Position numbers and translations under genes: made by a program
In this document: one piece after another, positions 1 through 9,512 of the stretch
Position numbering within the stretch: position 1 is the stretch's first letter
How the letters are laid out: each line of letters begins with the position of its first letter
Notes under the pieces: generated by a model
Told to the model about the DNA's origin: nothing
Database searches by the model: none
What the model saw: the letters and a program-made list of their open reading frames with translations, nothing else
Assembly: GCA_013041585.1 (NCBI GenBank)
Contig: JABEVM010000073.1
Location: 1 to 37,383, forward strand
DNA from: Chlamydiota bacterium
GTDB lineage: Bacteria > Chlamydiota > Chlamydiia > Chlamydiales > Rhabdochlamydiaceae
Length of the DNA: 37,383 nt
Direction: 5' to 3'

Positions 1-226
1 CTGATTTGTCTCATAATACCTCGATGATTGATTACCAACGAGATATAGTCTCACTTCAGCGAGTTTCCTTCCTCAAGTTATTTTTTGTCGTGTACAGAGA
101 TATCGGTCTTAAAGATGAGAGGTAAGCCTAAACCACAGGTGTAGAATTCCAAAATTGCAGTAGTGGGCGTCCCTAAAAACCGTCTTCTTGCGTGTTTCCA
201 AAAGCGCAAAACTATTATTCTTTTTC

Positions 227-1525
227 TTATGGGTCCATCATGGAAGGTTCCCCTTCTTTTTTAACAGCAGTATAATTGTTAGTTGCCTCGTGCATATTGA
301 AATTTGCAGGAAACTCAAAACCCATCGTAGCAAGAAAATCTGAGACTTTTTTGTTAATTCTGTAAAGAAGAGCCGGAGATAACTGCGACATGGCTTTTCC
401 TTCCAAACATTGATCTTCTTGCTGTGTTAAAGCTACATAAAAAGGCTCAGCATCTTCTTCTTCTCCCTCTTCGACAAATCCCACATAATTGGGAAACTCG
501 ATTACTCCTCCAGGGGCCAAGACACGGTTTGCATTTCCAAAAATAATTTTTGCTCCGCCTTCTTCAAAGAGATAATTAGGAAGATATTCCAAAAGGACCT
601 TATTAAACTTTCCTGAAGGAAGATATTTCCACTGAATTGGGGAAGAAACATCAAGAAGAGCATCAGGGTTTATTTCTGGTCTAATATCAATACAATACTC
701 GCCCATATGCGAATGATCACGCGACTGCATTGGGGTATTTTCTTTACTAGACATATCGCTATCGCTTGGAAAATCAGGATCATAGCCTACATGCCAATCA
801 GTATGTCCACAACCTACGATGAGCTGACGATCTTTAAGAGGCACAACGCCGATATAGGTGTTAATACCACAATTTATTCCCTTTCCACAGCGCATCTGAA
901 TCAATTGTATGCGGTCTAATTGATCCTTAATGATCTTATTCCCTTCTTCCAAAATAGGGATACTCTCTGCGTACGCCGCATATACCCTTTGCACATCTTT
1001 TTCCGAATGAGCTTCCAAAGCATCCTTTTCCAGGCTGAGGAAAAGATCCTTTACTTTATCCATATAAGACATTGCGTCTGAAAGTAATTTTTCTTGTTCT
1101 TCTAATTTTAGAGGTGAGAACTCTTCGATCAAATGCCTTTGGTTGTAAATGACATCTACAGCACTCCGCCACTCTTGCAACCCTTCCTGGAACGCGTTCA
1201 TATTAACTATAAAGTTGATTGCAAAATGTGTAAGATCTAACTGATCTTCAAGCAAGAGACTTCCTGTTGCAATAGTAAAACCATGCCTGGAATAAAAAGC
1301 CTTCGCTTCTGACTTCATTTCCTTCGAATGAGTAATACGAGCCTGTTGCACGACTCCCTTTAACACATTTTCCATCAGATCAACTTGAGCAGTTGTGTTC
1401 AAAATCAAGGTTTCATGGCGCTCCAATTCTTCATAAGTCATCTCCTCGATAAACTGACCTTGCTCTTGAATCGTGCGTACAGCAGGAGTCCATGTTAACA
1501 TGGTTGCATTAAGTGCTTGTATCAT
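227..1525 (-). CDS. hypothetical protein; helical N-terminal half, C-terminal half resembles a class I SAM-dependent methyltransferase fold
   Basis: 432-aa ORF. ATG at 1525 is preceded by an AAGGAAAA RBS. The C-terminal half carries motifs in canonical order: LIVGCGHT (motif I-like), YCIDIRPE (acidic end of beta2), KFNKVLLEYLP (beta4) and RVLAPGGVIEF (cf. RVLKPGG of Methyltransf_11/25). No family recognised for the first ~230 aa. Confidence 0.5.
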   Translation of the reverse strand: MIQALNATMLTWTPAVRTIQEQGQFIEEMTYEELERHETLILNTTAQVDLMENVLKGVVQQARITHSKEMKSEAKAFYSRHGFTIATGSLLLEDQLDLTHFAINFIVNMNAFQEGLQEWRSAVDVIYNQRHLIEEFSPLKLEEQEKLLSDAMSYMDKVKDLFLSLEKDALEAHSEKDVQRVYAAYAESIPILEEGNKIIKDQLDRIQLIQMRCGKGINCGINTYIGVVPLKDRQLIVGCGHTDWHVGYDPDFPSDSDMSSKENTPMQSRDHSHMGEYCIDIRPEINPDALLDVSSPIQWKYLPSGKFNKVLLEYLPNYLFEEGGAKIIFGNANRVLAPGGVIEFPNYVGFVEEGEEEDAEPFYVALTQQEDQCLEGKAMSQLSPALLYRINKKVSDFLATMGFEFPANFNMHEATNNYTAVKKEGEPSMMDP

Positions 1526-1565
1526 GTCGTTTTCCTTTTTCGTTTTCGATTCTGATTTGTTAACA

Positions 1566-3779
1566 TTAGAGCATCTTTTCCAAAAGCTGCTTGATCAGAA
1601 ACACTTTCAGAGTGGTTTTCTTTTGAATATCAGAAATTTGCATTGTATAGGGGTTTAAGAGTTTTACAACTTCAAAAGGATCTTCAGAATGCATAGTTTT
1701 CTTCTTTTTGCTAGGAGCGCCTCCAACTTCAAGAGAAGGATTATCTAAATCCCAAAACCCTTTTTCTAAATATTCTCCTACCATTTCGTGCGCATCTTTT
1801 TGCGTAAAACAACGATGATAGCAATAAGCATTGGAAAGATTTTTTTCATCTATAGCACGATCAAAAGTATACCCAAATACTCCCAAGTAAGTTACCTCGT
1901 CTACAGTCATTTCCCCGGGTAGGAAGTAATGAACTCCTCTTTTTTCAGAGGTCTCTTTTCTATGCAGGTCCAAGATGCCATGTTGTAAAATTTCTCGGTC
2001 CAATCGCAAGGAGAAAGTATGGAAAGCTACAACTTTATTTTTCACAAATTTTGATTCATTTTTATATCGCGGCTCTTCTACTAGTTTTTGAGGATTATCA
2101 AGCACGTTCTGCACACGCTCTGCGTAGATAATTTCTGATGGAGAAGGAACTGGCTCAGGGGGTGAAGCGCGAGATAGAGTAATCGGAGCAATCTCTACGG
2201 TTTTTGGGGTGCTTTTGGAACTTCCCCCCACAGAAACTTTTTTTACTGCATCAATTGTTTCTTTAGGGTTTGAAACGATTTCTTGAGGTTTTATAACGAT
2301 GTGTTGAGGAGCTTTTTGTTTAGGAGTTTTTTTCTCGCTTGGAGAAGCTTCAATGCTTTTATGAGATGAGGGCAATTCTTTTATGGGAGGTTTCATTTTC
2401 CCAAAAAGCTCGTCAGGATGAGGAAAAGTTTTTCCTCCTATGATAGATAATCTGGAAGCGAATAAAACAAGTTTATGTTCTTTTGAAATTTTTTGAGGAG
2501 TTTGACTGAATAAAACCTCATATCCTACTCGATATATTCTTTCATAGACGCTTTGATGGAAAAAATATTCCTCAGAAAGTTTATAATAGGTTGAAAAATT
2601 CAGTAGATTTGTATCCCGATAAAGGACCCGTGCTTGATACTCTTGCATAACTATCCTATATGTATCTAAGATGGGCTGTAGAGGAAGTTCATGATAATAC
2701 GAAGGAGCTGCAATACCGTATTTGAAAATCAAAGGCAGGAATGCATCATAAAGTGCTATCAGTTGTTGATCATCCTTTTTTTTCTCTTGTACGAAGAGAC
2801 AAGAATCAACTCCTTTTAAAACCAGTAATAAATAAGGCTGTAAAGTAGAAGGCATCGTATCGTTCTCATAGCTTGCAGTCAGGATGCGTTTGATTTCTAA
2901 AACCTTTTTCATACTTACATGTCGAAAATCTGCAACAATATCTACTTTTTTCCCCGCATTTTCTGATACCTTTCTTATATTTTCTTTTGTTTCATCAGAA
3001 AAAGTTGAACACAAAATCAAAGAAAGACCTGCATCAAATTTAGCTAACTCTTCTAAAAATTCTAAGGTCGAAATTCTAATTTGTGTATCTGACGAGTTTA
3101 GATTAGCTGCTTGCAAAATGTGTCCTGAAGACCGGATCACATTTTCGCTTTTTTCGATAGCTTGAATCCGAAACTGAAACTTGGAGGATTTTAACAATAC
3201 TGTGCAAGCTTCACGTTGGAAATTTAGTAAAGAAAGGAGATGTTGATATTCTTTGCACTTTTCACGTGTTTCAAGAGTGTTTATCTTATCAACTACCTTA
3301 TCCCATTTTTTCTCTACAGCGCTGACTTGCCTAGCAGATTCCTTTTCAATTTGGGCATTTACTTTACCACGAAAATTTCCAAAATATTTTCCATTCAATG
3401 TAAGAAAATCAATTTCAGTATTGCTACCATAGCTAAGTAAAAAATCGTAGACGACAATCGCAGATTTGACATGAAGCAGGTCTCGAAAGGCATGAGGAAT
3501 TCCGAGCAGATGTTCAAGAACGCCCTCTAATAGCAATACAATTTTTTCCGATGCTCTTGTGTCATTAATGTGAAGGAGAGAGCTGTTTGATGAAGTGGCG
3601 AACAAATCGCGAGAATCTTCGCTTGAAGCATAGAGGGAAACAAGCCCCCCTTTACTAGACCAGGCGTAATGATTGGGATAAGAAAAAGCAACTTCAAGAT
3701 TTTTTGTAAAATCAGATAAATTTTGAGGCGCTGGGAATCCGGTCGAATGCACAAAGTGATGGATCGATACGCTATTCAT
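1566..3779 (-). CDS. large hypothetical protein (orphan; two globular parts joined by a Pro/Lys/Ser-rich linker)
   Basis: The long ORF opens at GTG 3803. ATG at 3779 (MNSVSIHH...) has a GAAGGGG RBS 6 nt upstream and is the more likely start. The low-complexity linker reads ...SSHKSIEASPSEKKTPKQKAPQ...PPEPVPSPSE. No catalytic motif recognised. A 40-nt gap to the next gene downstream suggests co-transcription. Confidence 0.55.
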   Translation of the reverse strand: MNSVSIHHFVHSTGFPAPQNLSDFTKNLEVAFSYPNHYAWSSKGGLVSLYASSEDSRDLFATSSNSSLLHINDTRASEKIVLLLEGVLEHLLGIPHAFRDLLHVKSAIVVYDFLLSYGSNTEIDFLTLNGKYFGNFRGKVNAQIEKESARQVSAVEKKWDKVVDKINTLETREKCKEYQHLLSLLNFQREACTVLLKSSKFQFRIQAIEKSENVIRSSGHILQAANLNSSDTQIRISTLEFLEELAKFDAGLSLILCSTFSDETKENIRKVSENAGKKVDIVADFRHVSMKKVLEIKRILTASYENDTMPSTLQPYLLLVLKGVDSCLFVQEKKKDDQQLIALYDAFLPLIFKYGIAAPSYYHELPLQPILDTYRIVMQEYQARVLYRDTNLLNFSTYYKLSEEYFFHQSVYERIYRVGYEVLFSQTPQKISKEHKLVLFASRLSIIGGKTFPHPDELFGKMKPPIKELPSSHKSIEASPSEKKTPKQKAPQHIVIKPQEIVSNPKETIDAVKKVSVGGSSKSTPKTVEIAPITLSRASPPEPVPSPSEIIYAERVQNVLDNPQKLVEEPRYKNESKFVKNKVVAFHTFSLRLDREILQHGILDLHRKETSEKRGVHYFLPGEMTVDEVTYLGVFGYTFDRAIDEKNLSNAYCYHRCFTQKDAHEMVGEYLEKGFWDLDNPSLEVGGAPSKKKKTMHSEDPFEVVKLLNPYTMQISDIQKKTTLKVFLIKQLLEKML

Positions 3780-3881
3780 ATTATGCCCCTTCTTTTCGGG
3801 CACGGATGTTATCTTTTCCAGATGTTTAGTTCAATCAGTAATAATAGATGTAAATCACTGAGTTAAAATATCTTGTTTTTC

Positions 3882-3905
3882 AAAAAATTTATCTCGATGG
3901 AGATA
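3882..3905 (-). terminator. weak rho-independent terminator candidate downstream of the permease gene
   Basis: On the minus strand: TATCTC-catc-GAGATA, followed by AATTTTTT, ~50 nt after the stop at 3957. The stem is only 6 bp and AT-rich. Confidence 0.3.
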
Positions 3906-3956
3906 GAGCGGGCGGCGGTTCAATGAATGATAAACAGCTTGCTTCTCTATGTAGAA

Positions 3957-5162
3957 CTAAAATCCGAAAAATAGTTGAAAAACCTCAAGAACGATCACAG
4001 AAAGGCTTAAGACGTATAGAAAAATAAGCAGGGTTTTCCCACCAGGCAAAGGACTTTCTGATTCCAATCGCTTTTTATAGCGCCCTACCCAGACTAATGA
4101 GACGGGTAAAAGTCCATTCAGAATCGATTCTCCAAATCCCCCTGCAAGAGAAAGAGCCTTATCAAATAAGGTTGCATCTAAGCACACAAACAGAAAAGGA
4201 GGGAAAAAGGTTACAATCGATAGGAAAGTTCTCTTTGAACGAATAACAGTGTCCTTCCAGGCATCTTGCAGAAAATCTACCATGGAAAAAGCAACCCCAA
4301 GAAGCGAGGTGATGATCGCAAAGAAAGCAAAGAATTTAGCAAGTTTGGAAACCCATGGATTTCCAACAATGTGCTCAAGTGCTTGCGCAGCAGTCCCGCC
4401 TTGTTCGAGAGTTTGTTTGATCATCTCGCTTGGAACTGACCCGATGACAAGCCACTGCCAAAGGATATAGACAAGCAGAGGAAGAGTCGTTCCAAACACG
4501 ATAGCAAGTTGCAGACTCTTTCGATCCTTTTTTAAATAGGTACATAAAGGGGGGATCACATTGTGAAAACCAAAAGCGCTAAAAAGGATAGGCACCGAAA
4601 TAAACATTTTGGAAAAATGAGAAGGTTGCAATTTTGAAAAAGAAACCTCTTTAGAGCCTGCACCAAGTAACAAGAAATACGCGATTACCATGGACACAAC
4701 AAGGATAATATTGACTCTGTCGATACTTTTGACACCATGAGCGACAATGACCGCAAAAAAAGCGCCAAACAGGAAATAACTCGCAGTCCCTTGTATTGCA
4801 ATCCCAGTAATCTCTTCTAAAAATCCCATAAGAAGCGGCGCACCTGCTGCAAAATAGGCAACCATCAAACAGTAATACAAGAAGACAAACATGCTCCCTG
4901 CAAACCATTTTCCTTTCGAGCCTAAGAATCTTTTGGACATAGAAAGAATATTACTGCCCTCAGGCATCCATAAAGAAACTTCGAGTAAAAGAAGTCCGGT
5001 GCAGAGCATAAATGCCCAAGCTAGAACTGTAATAAGCATAGCTGGAGCAAAGCCCGCCTCACCTGTGACAAGAGGAATTCCCAGCATTCCAGCCCCGACT
5101 GTAGTGCCTGCAATTAAAAGGGTCCCGCTCAAGATACTTTGAAAAGATTTTTTTGGATGCAT
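3957..5162 (-). CDS. tyrP: aromatic amino acid permease, TyrP/Mtr/TnaB (HAAAP) family
   Basis: 401 aa and polytopic. The N-terminus LLIAGTTVGAGMLGIPL...LLLLEV...SKRFLGSKGKW is colinear with E. coli TyrP (FIVAGTTIGAGMLAMPL...LLLLEV...AKRYLGRYGQW) as I recall it. Confidence 0.8.
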   Translation of the reverse strand: MHPKKSFQSILSGTLLIAGTTVGAGMLGIPLVTGEAGFAPAMLITVLAWAFMLCTGLLLLEVSLWMPEGSNILSMSKRFLGSKGKWFAGSMFVFLYYCLMVAYFAAGAPLLMGFLEEITGIAIQGTASYFLFGAFFAVIVAHGVKSIDRVNIILVVSMVIAYFLLLGAGSKEVSFSKLQPSHFSKMFISVPILFSAFGFHNVIPPLCTYLKKDRKSLQLAIVFGTTLPLLVYILWQWLVIGSVPSEMIKQTLEQGGTAAQALEHIVGNPWVSKLAKFFAFFAIITSLLGVAFSMVDFLQDAWKDTVIRSKRTFLSIVTFFPPFLFVCLDATLFDKALSLAGGFGESILNGLLPVSLVWVGRYKKRLESESPLPGGKTLLIFLYVLSLSVIVLEVFQLFFGF

Positions 5163-5251
5163 GCTATAATTTTGTATATATAATAAAAACTGTATAAAAA
5201 GAATAAAGTAGGCTAATGTTTCCCTAGAAAATTGTCAAAATAAATTCTCCT

Positions 5252-5539
5252 ATGTTTCAAGAGAGCGCAAAAGGGGTAACCCTTAGCATTAAAGTACTTC
5301 CAAAATCAAGCTTTACGGGATATGTAGGCTTTGAAAATGGGGTGCTAAAAGTTAAGCTCAAGGCAGTTCCTGAAAAAGGAAAGGCCAATGAGGAGCTGAT
5401 CGCATTTTTATCTTCTTCTTTACGAATTCCCAAATCAAAAATTCTTCTTTTACGAGGAGAGACAAGCAAACAAAAAACAGTTTGCTTTCTCGGCATGAAA
5501 AAAGAAGAAGTAGAAAAGCTCTTTGAAAAAATCATCTAA
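5252..5539 (+). CDS. DUF167 / YggU family protein
   Basis: 95 aa. Pattern GV.L.IKV.P.....G.....LKVKL.A.PEKGKANEELI.FL...L.I.KS.I.L..GETS..K is typical of YggU. The full-length antisense ORF (5257-5535) has no such match. Confidence 0.75.
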   Translation: MFQESAKGVTLSIKVLPKSSFTGYVGFENGVLKVKLKAVPEKGKANEELIAFLSSSLRIPKSKILLLRGETSKQKTVCFLGMKKEEVEKLFEKII

Positions 5540-5541
5540 AA

Positions 5542-6909
5542 CTACCACTCAGCAAAAATGGCAAAGATTGCGTAAAAAATTCCAGTAGGGATAGATGCTG
5601 CCAAGAGTAAATATAAGGGTGAGATCTTATCTTGGAAGAATTTCTTAAGGATTACCTGTCCAGCAGGATTGGGAACGTTCGCTATCACTGTAAGGCCTCC
5701 ACCTACTACAACCCCGCTCATAACCGCATACTTTAAAGAGGTCGTTAAATCAGGAAGGAGTGTGGCTAAATAAGCAATGGCGGTATTATCATTAAATGCC
5801 GTCAAAGCCATACTAATGAGCATCATTTCATTGTTACCTAATCCTCCAAGAATTGATTGAATCCACCAAGCTTGCAAACCGCCGTGTATCAAAAGGCCCG
5901 CCAAAAACAAACCAACAAGTAGAGGTCTTTTTAGTTGCACAGGGAATTGATGGGGCAGTGTTGCCTGATGAAACCCTAAAAACATAAGAAAAGATCCAAT
6001 GAAAATGGGGGGATAATAAGAATTTAAAATAACCCAAACTAAGAAAGTAACATGAACTGCTGTGACCCAAAACGGAATCTTATCCCCTTCTTTTTCTTCA
6101 GACATCGCCAAGTTTTTCTTATCGATGGAGATAAGTTCTTTTCGAAAAAAGAAAAAATAACAAAGTGTCGAACAGATAATTCCCACGATGGCTTTGATCC
6201 CAAAATGAGTAAACATGAACCATGAGCTCCAATCCCAAATCCTCTGCACAATCAAAACAGGCGGCGCTGAAAAATTAGTAAGGAGCCCCCCTACAGAAAT
6301 ATTGGAAAATAAAAGCCCTAATGTTCCATAGGCTAGTTTTTTACTTGGCTCATGCACATAAAAATGTTTCCCGAGTAAAAGTGCGCATAAGGTCATAGCG
6401 CCGGCCTCGGTGATAAACGAACCTAAAATAGGCCCTGCAATTAAAATGCTAAGCCACCAAGCAGCAGAGCTTCCTCCAAGTATCTTAGTAATAAATCGAA
6501 GTCCATTTTCTGAAAGGACAAGTATCGGTTTTGTGGCCGTTAAACTCATGATCACCACAACCAGCATCGGCTCGATGTAAACTCTTTTAGACAAATAGTC
6601 CACAGCAGAGGACCAACTATAAAAGCAAATAATTGTAAAAAGAAGAGGGATGACCCAAAGTCCAAAAACAACCTCTACCTCTCCTAAAAACCGTAGAATT
6701 TCAGAAAAGAAAGTGATGGAAATTTTGCGTCTTTTCTCGATCTTTTGCAGTGGGGCTTTCTCTGCAATTTTCTCTGACCATTTTGTAAAGAAATTTGCAA
6801 ATAAGGTATGAAGAACGGCGAGCAAAAAAATACATAAACAGACAATCTTAAAATTCATAGAAGATTGCGTTTGAAGAAATTCTGAGTCTACAAAACCTAG
6901 CATATTCAT
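5542..6909 (-). CDS. polytopic inner-membrane transporter, possibly the 'putative Na+/H+ antiporter' (former DUF1504) family; substrate unknown
   Basis: 455 aa with about 11-12 hydrophobic helices. The start codon overlaps the pncA stop (ATGA at 6906-6909). The family assignment is from memory of overall architecture only. Confidence 0.45.
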   Translation of the reverse strand: MNMLGFVDSEFLQTQSSMNFKIVCLCIFLLAVLHTLFANFFTKWSEKIAEKAPLQKIEKRRKISITFFSEILRFLGEVEVVFGLWVIPLLFTIICFYSWSSAVDYLSKRVYIEPMLVVVIMSLTATKPILVLSENGLRFITKILGGSSAAWWLSILIAGPILGSFITEAGAMTLCALLLGKHFYVHEPSKKLAYGTLGLLFSNISVGGLLTNFSAPPVLIVQRIWDWSSWFMFTHFGIKAIVGIICSTLCYFFFFRKELISIDKKNLAMSEEKEGDKIPFWVTAVHVTFLVWVILNSYYPPIFIGSFLMFLGFHQATLPHQFPVQLKRPLLVGLFLAGLLIHGGLQAWWIQSILGGLGNNEMMLISMALTAFNDNTAIAYLATLLPDLTTSLKYAVMSGVVVGGGLTVIANVPNPAGQVILKKFFQDKISPLYLLLAASIPTGIFYAIFAIFAEW

Positions 6910-7529
6910 AGTGATTGTTCCACTTGTAACGAATTTGTAATGATTACCCCTTTTTCCTTCATTGATGCTAGCGCCTTTTTTTCATCATCTGGATGTAAGT
7001 TAATAGCCCTGCAAGCATCTTCAATGACAAAAGCAGAAAATCCAAGCTCTATTGCATCAAGCGCAGAATATAAAACACAGTACTCAGTCGCAATTCCGGC
7101 TAAGTAAATCTCTGTTATCCCTTTGGATCGCAGATATTTCTGAAGACCTGTATCTTTCTTCCTAGCGTTATCAAAAAAAGCGCTATAGCTGTCAATTTCG
7201 GGGTCCCAGCCTTTATAAAAATAAGCTGCAATTTTCTCTTTTCTTAACCCTTTTACGATTTCACTTCCATACGCATTCTCTATACAATGCTCAGGCCAGA
7301 GAATTTGTTTGATCCCACCTATTTCGATCACATCTCCTATTTTTCTTCCTGGATGATTGCTTGCAAAACTTACATGATTCTTAGGATGGAAATCCAAACA
7401 TGCCAAGACTATGGAAAACTGTTCAGAAAGATGATTGATAATAGGAATGATTTCATCAGCTCCAGCCACCCCTAAACGACCTGTCGGCATAAAATCGTTT
7501 TCCATATCTACAATCAAAAGAGCTTTCAT
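6906..7529 (-). CDS. pncA: nicotinamidase/pyrazinamidase (isochorismatase superfamily)
   Basis: 207 aa. LLIVDMENDF carries the catalytic Asp, LDFHPKNHVSF the metal-binding Asp/His cluster, and GIATEYCV the catalytic Cys. Confidence 0.85.
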   Translation of the reverse strand: MKALLIVDMENDFMPTGRLGVAGADEIIPIINHLSEQFSIVLACLDFHPKNHVSFASNHPGRKIGDVIEIGGIKQILWPEHCIENAYGSEIVKGLRKEKIAAYFYKGWDPEIDSYSAFFDNARKKDTGLQKYLRSKGITEIYLAGIATEYCVLYSALDAIELGFSAFVIEDACRAINLHPDDEKKALASMKEKGVIITNSLQVEQSL

Positions 7530-7536
7530 GTTTTAC

Positions 7537-8997
7537 CTAAGCTTTTGTGCTTTCTTTAATGAGCTGAATTTTTTTCTTATATAATCCCTCTTCTAAGCCG
7601 CAAAAATAGGGATCAGGATCAGCAAGCTTACGTATCCCTTTGGGAAATTTCGATAATTCTTGAAGAGTCCTTTTTTGAAGTGCTTGTAAAGAGGGCTTTT
7701 TATAGACCAAAGAACCTTGAGAAAATATTTTTTGTAAGAGGTCGATGTAAGGTTGTCCTTTTTCAATTTCCTTTTTCTTGCCTCCTACTCCAAATTCAAT
7801 CATAGCGTTTTCCCCTGTTGGAGGATTTTCTACATTGTAGACCATATCCGCAATATATCCATTTTCTGATACAAATCTACGAACTTGCAAAATTCCTGGG
7901 TCTGTCGTTTTTGTAACCTGGTCGGACACTTTAAGTTTATACTCCCAAGGTTTACCGGGATCTCGGAGGGCTGCGAGTTTATAAACTCCATCTAATGCAG
8001 GTTGTCCCCCACCTGTCATTAAATGAGTTCCTACTCCCCAAACATTGATCTTACCTCCAGAGCGCTTACAATTCTCGATCAAGAATTCATCAAGCTCATT
8101 ACTTGCCATAATGGATAGATTTGTAAATCCTGCCTCATCGAGCTTTTTGCGGATTTTTTGGCTTAAAACTACTAAATCCCCTGAGTCTAATCTGACTCCA
8201 ATAAGTTCGTGATGAGAGCTTCTCATCTTCTTCGCAACTCGGATTGCTTTTTCTATCCCTTTTAGGGAATCGTATGTATCGATAAGAAAAACAGAGCTAT
8301 CAGGAAAAATCTCTGAAAAGGCTTGAAACGAATCTTCTTCCTCAGAAAAGGCCATAATCCAGCTGTGCGCTTGGGTCCCCTTTACAGGGATTCCAAAGAG
8401 CTTACCTGCGAGTAAATGAGAGGTAGATTCGCATCCACCAATGAAAGCTGCGCGGCTTGCGCTAATGGCTCCATCAATTCCTTGTGCACGTCTCATTCCA
8501 AACTCTACAACAGGATCAGATCCTGCAGCCCATACAATACGCGAGGCTTTCGTCGCGATGAGGGTCTGAAAATTTATAATATTGAGCAGAGGACTTTCTA
8601 ATAGCTGCGCCTGCAGAAGAGGTCCCTTCACTCGTAAGATAGGCTCATAGGGAAAGACAGGAGTTCCTTCCTCTAGCGCATCCAAATCACAGGTAAAACG
8701 CATCTCTCCAAGGAATTGTAGAAATTTTTCTTCGAACAGTTTTTTTCCAAACCTATCGGTTAGGTTACCAAGATAGACCAAATCATCAGGCGTAAAACGC
8801 AAGTTTTCTAAAAAATTGATAGCCGTCTCAAGTCCTGCGGCAATTGCAAAAGCTCCTCCAAAGGGCTTTTTGCGAAAAAAAAGATGAAATACAGCCTCTT
8901 TATTTTGCATCCCCATCTTCCAGTATCCATATGCCATTGTAAGCTGATATAGATCTGTAAGGAGCGACAGGGATTGCGAATAAATCTCTGTGCTCAT
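7537..8997 (-). CDS. pncB: nicotinate phosphoribosyltransferase
   Basis: 486 aa. The N-terminal LLTDLYQLTMAYGYW signature, FGMRRAQG, the GTQAHSW phosphohistidine region and GVGT near the C-terminal part are all present. A 7-nt gap separates it from pncA. Confidence 0.85.
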   Translation of the reverse strand: MSTEIYSQSLSLLTDLYQLTMAYGYWKMGMQNKEAVFHLFFRKKPFGGAFAIAAGLETAINFLENLRFTPDDLVYLGNLTDRFGKKLFEEKFLQFLGEMRFTCDLDALEEGTPVFPYEPILRVKGPLLQAQLLESPLLNIINFQTLIATKASRIVWAAGSDPVVEFGMRRAQGIDGAISASRAAFIGGCESTSHLLAGKLFGIPVKGTQAHSWIMAFSEEEDSFQAFSEIFPDSSVFLIDTYDSLKGIEKAIRVAKKMRSSHHELIGVRLDSGDLVVLSQKIRKKLDEAGFTNLSIMASNELDEFLIENCKRSGGKINVWGVGTHLMTGGGQPALDGVYKLAALRDPGKPWEYKLKVSDQVTKTTDPGILQVRRFVSENGYIADMVYNVENPPTGENAMIEFGVGGKKKEIEKGQPYIDLLQKIFSQGSLVYKKPSLQALQKRTLQELSKFPKGIRKLADPDPYFCGLEEGLYKKKIQLIKESTKA

Positions 8998-9368
8998 CGT
9001 TTATCTGGATGCTGAACTACGATTTGTTCTCTTTTTTTCTCTAAAGCATCGATTTGCAGCTGAATACGTCTTGCAGCTTCTCTATCAGCGTCAGCATCAT
9101 TCCATGCTTGTCTTGCATCCAAATACCGATTGGACTCAAACTGCCAACGTTCTGCATTTAAATCATTATTATACGCCCTAGCAAGGTACATATTTCTACG
9201 ATCTTTAAGCACTTCTATCTCCTTATTAATAGAATCGAGCTCCTGTGCTACAGGAGTAGTCTGCTGTGCAATTTCCGAAGAAAAAACATAAGAGTCTTTT
9301 TCTACTACAACCTTACCAAAGACCCACAACGCAGTCATGATAACAATGACAAAAGTTATTCTCTTCAC
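8994..9368 (-). CDS. small membrane-anchored coiled-coil protein (hypothetical)
   Basis: 124 aa. GTG start with an AGAGGGAG RBS 6 nt upstream. N-terminal hydrophobic anchor ITFVIVIMTALWVF, then a charged helical region. The stop overlaps the pncB start (ATGA at 8994-8997). Confidence 0.55.
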   Translation of the reverse strand: MKRITFVIVIMTALWVFGKVVVEKDSYVFSSEIAQQTTPVAQELDSINKEIEVLKDRRNMYLARAYNNDLNAERWQFESNRYLDARQAWNDADADREAARRIQLQIDALEKKREQIVVQHPDKR

Positions 9369-9512
9369 CTGGCACTCCCTCTTTTTCGATCATTATAATT
9401 TGACTTATATACAGTTTGGTAAAAAATGAAAAATATTTCTTGAAACTCCGCTGTTGTGAAGATAGAAAAGGCCTGCTAAAATAGGCTATTATCCATAGGC
9501 AATTCCCTTTTT

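Noticed and set aside
1-226. Left-edge non-coding stretch checked for a truncated gene, tRNA or repeat
   Set aside because: There is no ORF of useful length, no tRNA-like cloverleaf ends and no repeat.
5257-5535. 92-aa ORF antisense to the DUF167 gene
   Set aside because: The plus-strand translation matches the YggU/DUF167 pattern (PEKGKANEELI). The antisense frame has no recognisable features.
5539-5542. Convergent DUF167 and transporter genes end only 2 nt apart, with no room for terminators
   Set aside because: This is real but common in compact genomes, and I see no evidence of a functional consequence.
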